61,461 nucleotides of DNA from a virus (IMGVR_UViG_3300002231_001522:1-61461); one strand, 5' to 3'. Shown: positions 29,837 to 39,786, counted from the stretch's first letter. The notes: generated from the sequence alone by a model not told the origin. Numbers and translations: made by a program.

Positions 29837-31297
29837 ATGTCTAAAACAAAGTTAATAGGTATAGACGTGAAGGATTACAAACGGATTCAGGCATTTGAAC
29901 TTGGATTAAATGAAGATGGTGGGCTTGTTTTGATAAAGGGACCAAACGAACAAGGTAAATCCAGCCTGATAAATGCTATTCAATGTCTGTTTGAAGGAAA
30001 AAAGGTATTGAAAGGCGAACCAATTAGACGTTCGGCGAAAAATGCTACTATTATTGGTCATTTGTCTGTTGATGGAGAAAAATTTGTTGCAAGAAGACGT
30101 TTCACCCCGAAGAGCGATGACCTTGTTATTACAAAAGAGGACGGGACTGAAGTTAAAAGCCCTGCAACATTTATGAAAAATATGATAAATGCTCTTACGT
30201 TCAATCCTATGCCGTTTATCGATTCAAAACCGGCAGATAAATTGGCTACTCTAATGAAAGTCGGCAAAGTTGATTTATCATTAGAAAATTCTAAAATTGC
30301 AAACTTAACTCAAGAACGTTTACTTGTTGGTCGTGAAATTAAATCATTTGGTGAAATTTCATATGTTCCTGGATTAAAAGAAGTTAAAGTTTCAGAATTG
30401 ATCGCTGAAAAAAAGAAGATTGAGACTATTAATGAACAACTTAGGTTAGATTATGATGCTAAGTGCGAAAAAGAACGGTCTATAGTCGATAAATGGAATG
30501 AAGGCGTATCTGAAATAATTTCTGCAAAATTATCTGCCCAAAATGATATAGATAAATTAAAAAGCAAAAGGACTAATATTAATGATAGTCTTGCTGATTT
30601 ACAGGAACGTAAAAACGAATATAAACACCAAATAGAAGAGTTACAAGCAAAAATTAAATCTATTGATGACAATATGTCAATTGGTCAAGAACAGTTTGAT
30701 AACATGACTAAAGAAATTATTAAAAAAGATAATGATCTTGCTTGTATGCCAGAAACACCAGAAAAAAAATTGTTTGACAAATCAACTGTTGAAACTCCTT
30801 ATTATAAATCAACTGAAGATATTGATTTAAAAATTCAAAATGCCGAAGACCAAAACAAAGAATTTTTTGATAATGAGGAAAAACGGAAAAAATACAAGCA
30901 AAAGGAAAGTAAAAAAGAAATTCGGGAGGAATTAACAACAGAGATTGAAAAATATGAGGCTCAAAAAATAAAGAAGCTATCTGAGGCTGATTTTGGAGTT
31001 CCTGGTTTATCTATTACAGAATCGGATGTGTTTATGAACGGAGCTCCGTCTGAAGAATGGAGTAGTTCATTAGGTATGATTACAGCTTGTCAATTATGTA
31101 TTGCCCAGAACCCAGATTTAAAATCAATATTTTTAGACAATGCAGACCTTATCGGTCGTCCTCGTATGGAAGTTTTAAGAAAATGGGCTGAAGATAATAA
31201 TATTCTTGCAATATTAACGAAAGTTGATGATGACATTCTACCAGCAGATAAAACACCAGATAATGTGTTTTATATTGTTGATGGAAACCTTGCATAA
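29837..31297 (+). CDS. SMC/Rad50-like ABC ATPase with central coiled coil
   Basis: Walker A 'GPNEQGKSS', long coiled coil, C-terminal signature-like 'WSSS' and Walker-B-like 'IFLDNAD'. Confidence 0.85.
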   Translation: MSKTKLIGIDVKDYKRIQAFELGLNEDGGLVLIKGPNEQGKSSLINAIQCLFEGKKVLKGEPIRRSAKNATIIGHLSVDGEKFVARRRFTPKSDDLVITKEDGTEVKSPATFMKNMINALTFNPMPFIDSKPADKLATLMKVGKVDLSLENSKIANLTQERLLVGREIKSFGEISYVPGLKEVKVSELIAEKKKIETINEQLRLDYDAKCEKERSIVDKWNEGVSEIISAKLSAQNDIDKLKSKRTNINDSLADLQERKNEYKHQIEELQAKIKSIDDNMSIGQEQFDNMTKEIIKKDNDLACMPETPEKKLFDKSTVETPYYKSTEDIDLKIQNAEDQNKEFFDNEEKRKKYKQKESKKEIREELTTEIEKYEAQKIKKLSEADFGVPGLSITESDVFMNGAPSEEWSSSLGMITACQLCIAQNPDLKSIFLDNADLIGRPRMEVLRKWAEDNNILAILTKVDDDILPADKTPDNVFYIVDGNLA

Positions 31298-31306
31298 ATA
31301 ACTAAA

Positions 31307-31335
31307 TATAGCCGTTATGTTAAATGGCGGCTATA
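31307..31335 (+). terminator. Stem-loop after the SMC-like ATPase
   Basis: tatagccgttat / atggcggctata inverted repeat with G-U pairs. Confidence 0.55.
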
Positions 31336-31374
31336 AAATTTTTAAACAATAAGTAATTGAATTGGAGTATTAAA

Positions 31375-31860
31375 ATGGAAAAATGTAATATTGACAAAAA
31401 AAAAGTTTGTGATTTTTGTAGAAAAAATGGTATTTGTTCGTTTAGTACTGTTAGTGGTTGTGGGAATAGGGATTGTGAAAAGGCTTTGGAGTTATATTGC
31501 GAAGATAAGGGACTTGTTATTGACGAAGATAATATAACCTATGCAAAACATTTAAGAATAGGAGATCCTGTATATTATTTTAGGAAAGATTCCGGTGATA
31601 CCATTTTGAAAATGGAGGATATTACAGAATTGGCAATAAATCGAGATAATAAAAATGAAATTATTATATCAACAAATGGGGTGTTAAGTGATTTTCGATT
31701 AAAATTAGATGAGTCGTCATTAAAATGTAACATAACAGAATATTATATCAATTACAATGATTGTCGAGATGCATTGCTAAAATATTGTGAAGAAATGATA
31801 ATTAAATTTTCCAAAACTCTTGGGCAATATTCATACGATAAAAAAAAAATTAGAAAATAA
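31375..31860 (+). CDS. Hypothetical protein with Cys-rich N-terminus
   Basis: ATG 31375 after GGAG; several Cys in the first 45 aa. Confidence 0.65.
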   Translation: MEKCNIDKKKVCDFCRKNGICSFSTVSGCGNRDCEKALELYCEDKGLVIDEDNITYAKHLRIGDPVYYFRKDSGDTILKMEDITELAINRDNKNEIIISTNGVLSDFRLKLDESSLKCNITEYYINYNDCRDALLKYCEEMIIKFSKTLGQYSYDKKKIRK

Positions 31861-31894
31861 TAATATTTCTTTTTAAGAAAGGTAATATAGAGAA

Positions 31895-32845
31895 ATGACA
31901 AAAACAGATATTTTAATTAAATTAATAATTTCAGCTAAAAAAAATGATATGGTTTCTTTTGAAAAATATGTAGAGACTTTGATTGCGGTTGAAAAATCCA
32001 AAAACCATTATATATTAGCAGATAGATTATCGGTAGCGTTAAATTCCACAAATAAAATTAATAGTGTTAATTCTGTTGGTATCAAGAGCCCAGCCAAAGA
32101 TTTAATTTTTGAATTAAATCCACAAAAAAAATTTGATGATTTAATAATTAATGATATTTCTTTAAACGTATGTAAGGATTTAATAGCCGAGCAACAAAAT
32201 ATTGATTTACTTAAACCGTACGGTATATATCCGAGAAATAGAATATTATTAACTGGTGAGTCTGGTAACGGTAAAACAAGTCTTGCAGAAGCAATATCAA
32301 CACAATTAAATTATCCATTGTTTGTAATACGATATGATAATTTGATAAAAAGTTATTTGGGCCAAACGGCGAAACGTCTTAATGACGTTTTTGATTTTGT
32401 AAAAACAAAAAATTGTGTTTTATTCTTTGACGAATTTGATATGATAGGAAAAGAACGAAATGACATAAATGAGGCAGGAGAAATAAAAAGAGTTGTTAAT
32501 TCTTTGCTTTTACAAATAGACAGACTACCAAGCAATGTTATAATAATAGCTGCCAGCAATCACCAAGAACTTCTCGACAAAGCTATAAGACGAAGGTTTC
32601 AAATAAAATTAAACTTAGGAAGACCAAATAAGTTGCAAATAGAAATGTTTGTAAAAAAGATTTTCCACAGAACAAATATAAAATTTGATTATAATATCAA
32701 AAATCTTGCAGAAGAATTAATTGGATTAAGTTTTGCTAATATTGAAGAATTTTGTTTAGATGTTTGTAGATATGTAATATTAAACCATCAAATAGATAAT
32801 ATCAAAGATATAATACCCATAACGCTTAAACAAATAAAGGGGTAA
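31895..32845 (+). CDS. AAA+ ATPase resembling the IetA-type ATPases that normally pair with S8 peptidases
   Basis: 'GESGNGKT', 'LFFDEFD', 'SYLGQT', 'GEIKRVVNSLL', 'ASNH..LLDKAIRRRF'; N-terminal 'LIAVEKSKNHYILADRL'. Confidence 0.85.
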   Translation: MTKTDILIKLIISAKKNDMVSFEKYVETLIAVEKSKNHYILADRLSVALNSTNKINSVNSVGIKSPAKDLIFELNPQKKFDDLIINDISLNVCKDLIAEQQNIDLLKPYGIYPRNRILLTGESGNGKTSLAEAISTQLNYPLFVIRYDNLIKSYLGQTAKRLNDVFDFVKTKNCVLFFDEFDMIGKERNDINEAGEIKRVVNSLLLQIDRLPSNVIIIAASNHQELLDKAIRRRFQIKLNLGRPNKLQIEMFVKKIFHRTNIKFDYNIKNLAEELIGLSFANIEEFCLDVCRYVILNHQIDNIKDIIPITLKQIKG

Positions 32846-32847
32846 AG

Positions 32848-33174
32848 ATGAATATAGAAGTTAAAAAAGTAAAACTAACAAAAAGTTTAATATCTCAAAT
32901 GATGTTTATTAGTATGAAAAACATTAGTAAAGCTAAAGTATTGGGATTTTTGGTGGGTGTTAGAAAAGGGTATGATAAAATTATTCTGTTAGAATATAAT
33001 AACGATTATTATTTATGTGATGAAAGATGGATAAAAAGAGAAAAAAGTTTTTCCTTTATGTATAAAAGATGGTCATATAGTAAAAAGTTTAAAAGTGCAG
33101 AAGAATGTAATTTAATGTGGGAGGCTTATTCAAAAAAAAGAGGAGAGGCATTGAAAACTCATTTATATGTTTAA
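32848..33174 (+). CDS. Hypothetical basic protein
   Basis: 108-aa ORF directly after the ATPase. Confidence 0.65.
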   Translation: MNIEVKKVKLTKSLISQMMFISMKNISKAKVLGFLVGVRKGYDKIILLEYNNDYYLCDERWIKREKSFSFMYKRWSYSKKFKSAEECNLMWEAYSKKRGEALKTHLYV

Positions 33175-33190
33175 AAGGAGGATTAAAATT

Positions 33191-33343
33191 TTGAACAATC
33201 AACAAAACATACCTAACGAACAAGAGGAAAACTTACCGTTAAATAAACAATGTTCTTGGTGTGATCCGTTAGATAATAACTGCCGATACTTTGTAAAGAA
33301 TAAATGTTATTGTAGAAAATATAATATTAAATTGGAGGTTTAA
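33191..33343 (+). CDS. Small Cys-rich protein (50 aa; not in the ORF track)
   Basis: TTG start after AGGAGG; MNNQQ..CSWC..C..CYC..; fills the intergenic gap. Confidence 0.6.
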   Translation: MNNQQNIPNEQEENLPLNKQCSWCDPLDNNCRYFVKNKCYCRKYNIKLEV

Positions 33344-33344
33344 A

Positions 33345-33902
33345 ATGGAATTAGAGGTATTAAGATTTAGTAGTCAAAAGGATGATACACTTGGGTTATT
33401 GTTTGATTGTACAAACATGGAACGAAAATTCTTATGTTTTATTCTTGAAGATGAATATAGAGAAAAAAAAGTTTTGGGTAAAACGAGAATACCTGCATTG
33501 AAGTATGAAGTTACATTACGAACTGTCGGTGGTATGAATAGTAGATATAAAAAAGAGTTTCCTGATATACATAAAGGGATGTTATGGGTTAGGGATGTTC
33601 CTGGATTTAATTATATATATTTAATCCACATAGGAAACTTTGAGAATCAAACTAATGGATGTGGTTTATGTGGGGATCAAGCTAAAAGTAATATTGCTGG
33701 TCGTGGAGCTGTTTATGATTCCGAATTGGCATATAAAAAAGTTTATCCATTAATTGCGAATAAGATATTACTTGGTGAACGTGTTTATGTAACTTATAGT
33801 GCTTTTGATGGAAAGATGGATAAAGATATTGTTCCAGTAAAAACACAAATCCGTGAAGTTTTTGCTGATATTGCTGGAAAAATAGCAATTGCATTAAACT
33901 AA
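33345..33902 (+). CDS. DUF5675-family protein (candidate endolysin/peptidoglycan enzyme)
   Basis: 'TLGLL', 'FLCFILED', 'TRIPA', 'DVPGF..IYLIHIGN....TNGC'. Confidence 0.75.
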   Translation: MELEVLRFSSQKDDTLGLLFDCTNMERKFLCFILEDEYREKKVLGKTRIPALKYEVTLRTVGGMNSRYKKEFPDIHKGMLWVRDVPGFNYIYLIHIGNFENQTNGCGLCGDQAKSNIAGRGAVYDSELAYKKVYPLIANKILLGERVYVTYSAFDGKMDKDIVPVKTQIREVFADIAGKIAIALN

Positions 33903-33919
33903 GAAACGAGGATAAAATA

Positions 33920-34258
33920 ATGGTAGAAAATTGTATAAAAAGATTAACATCGGACATATTAATTGATACTTACAAAAACTATGGTGTTAAATCACAATGG
34001 TTAGGTTTTACAGTAGAAATGAAAGCGGAAGATTATGTTTTAAGCTGGTATTCCCGTGACAATAAAATAGGAGGTGTAAATGTATGTGACATAGATAAAG
34101 CTCATTATTTTACCCCAAAAGAACTCTTGAAATATTGGGAGAAAATAGTCGTTAAAATAAATGAAGAAGTACAAGTTTCTGCCGTATGTAAGTCGGAGAA
34201 TGAATATTACAAATATCCATTGCCACCTGCAATACTATCTGATGTCTTGTATAAATAA
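33920..34258 (+). CDS. Hypothetical protein
   Basis: 112-aa ORF with GAGGA RBS. Confidence 0.65.
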   Translation: MVENCIKRLTSDILIDTYKNYGVKSQWLGFTVEMKAEDYVLSWYSRDNKIGGVNVCDIDKAHYFTPKELLKYWEKIVVKINEEVQVSAVCKSENEYYKYPLPPAILSDVLYK

Positions 34259-34275
34259 AATTATTAGTTTTATTA

Positions 34276-34304
34276 TTGTTATTGTGATTGTTATTGTATA
34301 TATT
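34276..34304 (+). promoter_or_regulatory. Putative promoter for the replication genes
   Basis: TTGTTA-17 bp-TATATT in an AT-rich (TTA/TTG)n tract. Confidence 0.5.
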
Positions 34305-34352
34305 ATTATTATTACATATTATTTTGTTTAATTTAAAAAAGGAGTATTTTCT

Positions 34353-34550
34353 ATGAACCAGAAAACGTATATAGATGATCTAAAAGACCGTTGTAAGGCA
34401 TTTGGATATAAAAGAGTTTGTAAAGAGATAGGATGGCCCCATTGGAAATTGACACAAAAATTGGGAGGGTTTACCGCCAAACCTATGAGCCCAGAAGAAA
34501 GAGGATTGATTGAACAAGTGTTGGAAATATTAGCAACTAAGGAGGGATAA
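34353..34550 (+). CDS. Small Cro-like/HTH protein
   Basis: 65 aa; 'YKRVCKEIGWPHWKLTQKLGG'; directly upstream of the replication initiator. Confidence 0.55.
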   Translation: MNQKTYIDDLKDRCKAFGYKRVCKEIGWPHWKLTQKLGGFTAKPMSPEERGLIEQVLEILATKEG

Positions 34551-35504
34551 TTGCCTAATAAGAGATTACCGTGGTTTAAGTTTAATGTTAATGAATGGCT
34601 ATCTGGTAACATAACACTTGAAAATGAGTTTTACCAAGGTTTGTTCATTAATATCTGTGCATATTACTGGAAACGTTCGTGTAATGTGACTTATAATAAT
34701 TTGATGAAAAAATATAAACATTTAAAAGAAAGTGATATTAATTATCTTTTTGATATTAAAGTTATAAATAGAAAAAATAATGTTATTGTAATATCTTTTC
34801 TTGACGAACAATGGAAAGAAAGAATCAAACTAAGCAAAAGAAATAGTACAAATGGGAAAAAAGGGGCAATTCAACGCTGGAAAGAAGATAATAATAGTTG
34901 TGAAACACCTAAAAAAGAAAATGGCGAATGCTATGGCGAAAGTATGGCGGTCGCTATAGATAAAAATGGCGAATGCTATGGCGAAAGTATGGCGGTCGCT
35001 ATAGATAAAAATGGCGAATGCTATGGCGAAAAAATAGCGAACGCTAAAGATAAAAATAGCGAACGCATGGCTATCTTAGATATAGATAAAGATATAGATA
35101 AAGAATATATAAATACTATGTCTAAAAAATTTGATAAAATAGAAAATTTATGTTCTTATTGTATTTTTTCTTACTGGTTGGAATGTGGATTGTTAAAACA
35201 TCGGAAGTTAAAAACGGAATTAAAAAAGAAAATTATTTTAGCAATTAAAAAATACGGTGTTACCCATATTAAAAATGCTATAAAAAATTATTCTACAATT
35301 ATTAGAAATAATGATAAATATTGGTTTTCGTACAAATGGAATATGGATGAATTTTTCCGGCAAGGGACAAAAAAAACTCCACCATTAGAAATGTTTAGTG
35401 ATGAACGTTGTCCATTAGTGCAATATTCTCGAAACAATATTACCGAAAAACAAACTCACCAAGTTCCTAAACCGGTAAATGGTGCAGATACAGGACTTTT
35501 TTAA
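34551..35504 (+). CDS. Phage replication initiator (lambda O-like organisation; YdaU/DUF1376-like N-terminus)
   Basis: 'LPWFKFNVNEWLSG', 'NGKKGAIQRW', internal DNA repeats, 'DIDKDIDKE' linker. Confidence 0.8.
   Translation: MPNKRLPWFKFNVNEWLSGNITLENEFYQGLFINICAYYWKRSCNVTYNNLMKKYKHLKESDINYLFDIKVINRKNNVIVISFLDEQWKERIKLSKRNSTNGKKGAIQRWKEDNNSCETPKKENGECYGESMAVAIDKNGECYGESMAVAIDKNGECYGEKIANAKDKNSERMAILDIDKDIDKEYINTMSKKFDKIENLCSYCIFSYWLECGLLKHRKLKTELKKKIILAIKKYGVTHIKNAIKNYSTIIRNNDKYWFSYKWNMDEFFRQGTKKTPPLEMFSDERCPLVQYSRNNITEKQTHQVPKPVNGADTGLF
34917..35105 (+). repeat. Iteron array, putative replication origin inside the initiator gene
   Basis: 45-bp unit atggcgaatgctatggcgaaagtatggcggtcgctatagataaaa x2 plus partial/degenerate copies, then agatatagataa x2. 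Confidence 0.8.
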
Positions 35505-35518
35505 ATAGAGAGGTTAGT

Positions 35519-36043
35519 ATGAATGATAATGATAAACGGTTTTTTCTGGATAAAATGGAGGAATTAAGGGCTTATTACGGTTGTAATAGTATTGATTTTT
35601 CTCTTGCAAACGAAAAAGATACGGTCAATATTACTAAAATTGGTGATTATTGGTTTGTATTAAAGAGATTGTCTAAATTACAATTGTATGAATTGATAAC
35701 ACATGTTAGGAGAAACTGGGATAGTACATATAAAAAATTTCCTGGTGTACCTGTATTTAAAAGATTTGCAGATGAGAAATTCCCAAAAAAAGTATATTCT
35801 AATTACATACCGGTTAAAAATGACAATACTATTGATGATAAAAACGAAGGGCTATCATTCAAAGATCTTGTTAATAAATTCCGGTCTGGGAAAATACCAA
35901 AGGGAGACATAATACCTGAAGGATGTTGTATTAATCCTGCAACTGGTAAAATACTTAAAATAGATGAAGCCCGTAAAATTCCTGGGGCTTATACTTTACC
36001 TAATAAAACAGCTATGATAGTAACCCATAACGACAATACTTAA
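35519..36043 (+). CDS. Hypothetical protein, possible helicase loader/inhibitor
   Basis: 174 aa directly after the initiator; function from synteny only. Confidence 0.4.
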   Translation: MNDNDKRFFLDKMEELRAYYGCNSIDFSLANEKDTVNITKIGDYWFVLKRLSKLQLYELITHVRRNWDSTYKKFPGVPVFKRFADEKFPKKVYSNYIPVKNDNTIDDKNEGLSFKDLVNKFRSGKIPKGDIIPEGCCINPATGKILKIDEARKIPGAYTLPNKTAMIVTHNDNT

Positions 36044-36072
36044 AACAAACAAAAAAGGGCAAGCGTAATAAA

Positions 36073-36483
36073 ATGAAAATGGAAAAAAGAAAAGATATGG
36101 ATGTATTGTATGTTGTAGATAAAAATGGTAGAGAATGTATTAAATGTGGAGTTTATAAAAGATTTGATGAAGGTCATTTCCAGAAGAATGATAAAATGAA
36201 AACAGGTTATATTAGAATCTGTAAGCAATGTAATTACGAGGCACACAAAAAATTGTATATAAGTAAGCCATGTGACAAAACGTGTTTTAATAAAGATGCA
36301 AATCAAAAACTGTTGAAAATATTTGGATATAAAAAGTATTTTGTCGTACCTCAAATTGGTGGTTATTTCAAAATTAAATGTTTTACTAAAAGTGGTGTCT
36401 TCATAAAGTTTAAAATTGGTGAATTTAATAAGCCACAAGTTACGGAATGGCTAAGACAACAAGAAACACAAAACAAAGAATAA
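36073..36483 (+). CDS. Zn-finger-containing hypothetical protein
   Basis: 'RECIKCG...F......TGY...CKQC' motif. Confidence 0.65.
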   Translation: MKMEKRKDMDVLYVVDKNGRECIKCGVYKRFDEGHFQKNDKMKTGYIRICKQCNYEAHKKLYISKPCDKTCFNKDANQKLLKIFGYKKYFVVPQIGGYFKIKCFTKSGVFIKFKIGEFNKPQVTEWLRQQETQNKE

Positions 36484-36498
36484 CAGGGAACAAGTAGA

Positions 36499-36696
36499 AT
36501 GGCATATATACCCAAACAAAAACAAAAAAGGACAATAGAAAAAGAAAAAAGGGAGGAAAAAAATCGTATTTGGCTTAGTCGTTCTACTCAATTTAAAATT
36601 AAGAAATACGAAGAGGCTCTTTTAAGTTATCCTGTTAATCACCCTGATGTTCCTAAAATGAAAAAAATAATTAAAGAATATAAAAAAAAGGTTTAA
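36499..36696 (+). CDS. Small basic hypothetical protein
   Basis: 65-aa ORF. Confidence 0.55.
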   Translation: MAYIPKQKQKRTIEKEKREEKNRIWLSRSTQFKIKKYEEALLSYPVNHPDVPKMKKIIKEYKKKV

Positions 36697-36781
36697 AAAT
36701 GAGTTTAACGGACAGGATAATAGTACAAATATTAGTAATTTTGATAAAGGTAATAAAACTTTTTAAAAAAAGGATTTTAAA

Positions 36782-37027
36782 ATGAAAACGCTAATAATAG
36801 ATAAAAAGTACCCTAATTTGATTAACAAAGGTGATAAATATGTTTTGTGTGAAAATATAATTTTTGATGGCGATGTTGATATTTATGGTGATGTTATTAT
36901 TTACGGTGATATTGTTATTTGTGATGACACTACTATTTACGGTAATTTTGACTATTTTAGTAAAATTGAAATTTATGGGAAAATTAACATTAACGGTAAT
37001 GTTAACAAAAAAACAAAACAAAAATAA
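36782..37027 (+). CDS. Short beta-helix (bactofilin-like) repeat protein
   Basis: Hexad repeats 'GDVDIY GDVIIY GDIVIC'; N-terminus similar to 41581..42261. Confidence 0.6.
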   Translation: MKTLIIDKKYPNLINKGDKYVLCENIIFDGDVDIYGDVIIYGDIVICDDTTIYGNFDYFSKIEIYGKININGNVNKKTKQK

Positions 37028-37072
37028 ACAAAAACAATAAAACAGTTTAAATATAAAAAAGGAAACATTAAT

Positions 37073-37525
37073 ATGACTCTTAAATTTTCTAAAGCAAATC
37101 AATTATATAAACACCGTGATAAAAAGCAAGGTTCAGAACTCGAAGCACCTGTTCAAGAGTGTATAGACGATTGTGTAAAATTATTTTCTATGGATTCCTT
37201 CAGGGTAACAGATTCTTTTTGGAGATGGATTCATAACCCAGCAAATGGAGTTAGACCACAAGACAAAAAAATGTGTTCTAAATTGTTTGCAGGATGGCCC
37301 GATACTATGATTTTTGAACAACTAACAGATAAGTATTTAATAGTATTACCTCTGGAGGCTAAAAGTCGTACGGGGCGGTTTAACGGTAACAAGCAAAGGA
37401 ATATGGCTAAAAGATTAAATTACCAAGTTCCAAGATCTCCGGAACAAGCAATGGAGATGATTGTAAAATTTCGGAAAGAAGCTGAACGGTTAAGAGAGTT
37501 GTTAAAAGGTGAGAATGATAAATAA
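37073..37525 (+). CDS. VRR-NUC-like PD-(D/E)XK nuclease (possible resolvase)
   Basis: 'E..VQ', 'AGWPDT', 'LEAKSRTGR....Q'. Confidence 0.7.
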   Translation: MTLKFSKANQLYKHRDKKQGSELEAPVQECIDDCVKLFSMDSFRVTDSFWRWIHNPANGVRPQDKKMCSKLFAGWPDTMIFEQLTDKYLIVLPLEAKSRTGRFNGNKQRNMAKRLNYQVPRSPEQAMEMIVKFRKEAERLRELLKGENDK

Positions 37526-37763
37526 AGGATTCTTTTTATCATTCCCTGAGTTTTTTAATACATACGATTATGCATTAAAACAATTATTTGCTTGTGTATC
37601 TGATATAAAATTGGTGCATTCAAATCCTGATGCACCTTTTTTAATTTATGAAGGTATTAGTGAATATTTTATCCCTATACCTGATGACCAGCCGATACCG
37701 TTTTATACTATTTTTGATAACGGTGGTTTTATTTCATTTAGAATTGCTTTTTTGCCTTTTTAA
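37515..37763 (+). CDS. Hypothetical protein
   Basis: ~82-aa ORF overlapping the end of the previous gene. Confidence 0.55.
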   Translation: MINKGFFLSFPEFFNTYDYALKQLFACVSDIKLVHSNPDAPFLIYEGISEYFIPIPDDQPIPFYTIFDNGGFISFRIAFLPF

Positions 37764-37867
37764 CTTATTAATTATTTCACACACAGCTTTTATAAGTTTA
37801 GCATAATCAAACGTAAACAACCTGTACCATATATTTTTGCTATTGTAATAATACATAAAGTACCCCT

Positions 37868-38302
37868 TTAGAATGTATCTTTTTTTTTGACAGTTCTTTC
37901 TCTTTGTTTAGATTCGATGTTTTTTTTGAGTGTGGTAAGTATATTTTTAACCGTTCGACATTGTGCTATATCAAACAATTCAATCCTACAAACATCATTT
38001 TTAATATTAATCTCATTAGCGATCCAATTTAACATCTTCTCTTTGGCTTCAGAAATACGCATATCGGACACAAGGGCTTTACATACAGCTATTGGGTCAA
38101 AGGCAACTAAAACGGCTCTACGGGCTTCCCTGAGCTCTAAATTAGCAAACGTTCCAATTGGCTTATTGTCACTATCGAGTTGGATGTGAGCATTACATTC
38201 GTCACATCTCCCATATTTGATATTATGAAATTTCGGATAACGACGGTATAGCTCTAATCCATTAGTTATCCTTGCTTCTTTACCACAAATTGTACATTTC
38301 AT
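37868..38302 (-). CDS. DUF3268-like zinc-finger protein
   Basis: 'CTICG..A....G.ELY', 'C.ECNA', 'PIGTFANLELREARR..FDPI', 'I..FD...C'. Confidence 0.75.
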   Translation of the reverse strand: MKCTICGKEARITNGLELYRRYPKFHNIKYGRCDECNAHIQLDSDNKPIGTFANLELREARRAVLVAFDPIAVCKALVSDMRISEAKEKMLNWIANEINIKNDVCRIELFDIAQCRTVKNILTTLKKNIESKQRERTVKKKDTF

Positions 38303-38329
38303 TGGTTATTACCATTCCTTCTTTTGATA

Positions 38330-38593
38330 TTATTCCATTCCAAGATTTTTAAAAAAATCTACCATAGCATCGTATGGTTTTACCCCAAAACCAGCTACAC
38401 CGGACTGTAAATCTTTACCAAGCAATACACACCATTCTTTACCGTCTTTTGTTAATACTGCACCTGTGTTGTGGAAAGTGTTAATTACCCGTTGTTCGTA
38501 CATGTTACAATGTGTCATATACGTAGTTCTTTGTTGATCCATTTGTCTTTGACTACTCTCTATTTGTTCATTGTGAAATTTGTCTTGTGACAT
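38330..38593 (-). CDS. Hypothetical protein
   Basis: 87 aa; AAGGAG RBS; 'DGKEWCVLLGKDLQSGVAGFG..P..AM..F'. Confidence 0.75.
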   Translation of the reverse strand: MSQDKFHNEQIESSQRQMDQQRTTYMTHCNMYEQRVINTFHNTGAVLTKDGKEWCVLLGKDLQSGVAGFGVKPYDAMVDFFKNLGME

Positions 38594-38607
38594 TCTTTTA
38601 CTCCTTT

Positions 38608-39285
38608 TTAAAATTTGCCATGTTCTAATATAAACAATTGTTTAGTTAGCTTAAATATTTTCAATCTTTCGGACTTGGTATAATTACTTTTCATTGCCAT
38701 TATACCAGCTATTTCAATTTTATTTCTAAGATTAAGCTGTTTTTCGCTTGCCTCATTCCAATTTTCAACTCCTACACAGGTTTTAATTTCGTTAGCTATT
38801 TGGATATAAATTTCTCTTGGGGCTTTTTGATCATGCATGTTATAATATCTATCAGCTATTGATCTTCTTAATATATTATAATTATCACCCGAATCAACAC
38901 GGTATTTAATTAAATTATCGTGAACCCATTTGATTGCTTTGTATTTTATTTCTGGTGATAACCACATTGCAAAGTCTATAAAAAGATATGGATGCATCCA
39001 TGTACCATTTTTTTTATTTGTAGTATATGCCTTTTTATATAATGCACCTGTGGAGGACATTAAACCCGTATCGGCGTTATTTTCAATGACTTGTATAAAC
39101 TCTTTAGTGTGTGAATAAGTAATAAATTTATTTATTCTCTTTTTTGAGTTTGTTAGTTTATTATATATTTTTAGTAAATCTGTAGCATTGAAAAAAGAAT
39201 CTTTGGTCCGCTGTCTAACTGTAGATTTATTATAAATCTTATTTGACAACGGAAAGTTACGTTTCATGACTTGATTGATTTTCAT
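38608..39285 (-). CDS. KilA-N domain DNA-binding protein
   Basis: 'QRTKDSFFNATDLLK', 'TKEFI', 'GTWMHPYLFIDFAMWLSP'. Confidence 0.9.
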   Translation of the reverse strand: MKINQVMKRNFPLSNKIYNKSTVRQRTKDSFFNATDLLKIYNKLTNSKKRINKFITYSHTKEFIQVIENNADTGLMSSTGALYKKAYTTNKKNGTWMHPYLFIDFAMWLSPEIKYKAIKWVHDNLIKYRVDSGDNYNILRRSIADRYYNMHDQKAPREIYIQIANEIKTCVGVENWNEASEKQLNLRNKIEIAGIMAMKSNYTKSERLKIFKLTKQLFILEHGKF

Positions 39286-39423
39286 ATTTAACTCTTTTTA
39301 GTTAAATTAAACTTATATAAATTATCCCTTTTCTCTATTTTATTAATAACCCAGCCATCTGTTAGTTTTTTTTCAACACTTTTCAATGATGAACCTTTTT
39401 CGGCTATTATTGACACATTCCTC

Positions 39424-39765
39424 TCAAATTCTGTCCTCATTTTGTACCTGCCTTTTTCGTATTTCTGGTTTAAATTGCATTGGTGCTATTTCAGTATGTC
39501 TTAAATTGTAATTTGTTGTGGTCACAACACGGTCAACACTCATATCATACTCCCATTGACCTCCGTACCTGTATTCAATGTCTTTAATTGCTGTTTCTAA
39601 TGTCTTATATGTGGTGATAATATCCTTTTTTCCGCCATCTTTATCAATAATACTATCTGTTATGTATTTATATGCTCTTAAATTCCTAAAATGTGTTATT
39701 TCTAATAGCACAAGTGTACTATTATCGTTTTTCAGAATTTTATCGATTTGTTCCGCTGTTCTCAT
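39424..39765 (-). CDS. Hypothetical protein (paralog of 42269..42568)
   Basis: Shared 'YK.L..AI.DIEYRYG..WEY' and 'Y.LRH.E..PM.F.P'. Confidence 0.75.
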   Translation of the reverse strand: MRTAEQIDKILKNDNSTLVLLEITHFRNLRAYKYITDSIIDKDGGKKDIITTYKTLETAIKDIEYRYGGQWEYDMSVDRVVTTTNYNLRHTEIAPMQFKPEIRKRQVQNEDRI

Positions 39766-39786
39766 TTTAAAATTCCTTGTTTTATA

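Noticed and set aside
34917-35060. 45-bp repeats as a CRISPR mini-array
   Set aside because: Head-to-tail with no unique spacers, in frame within the initiator gene, and no cas genes
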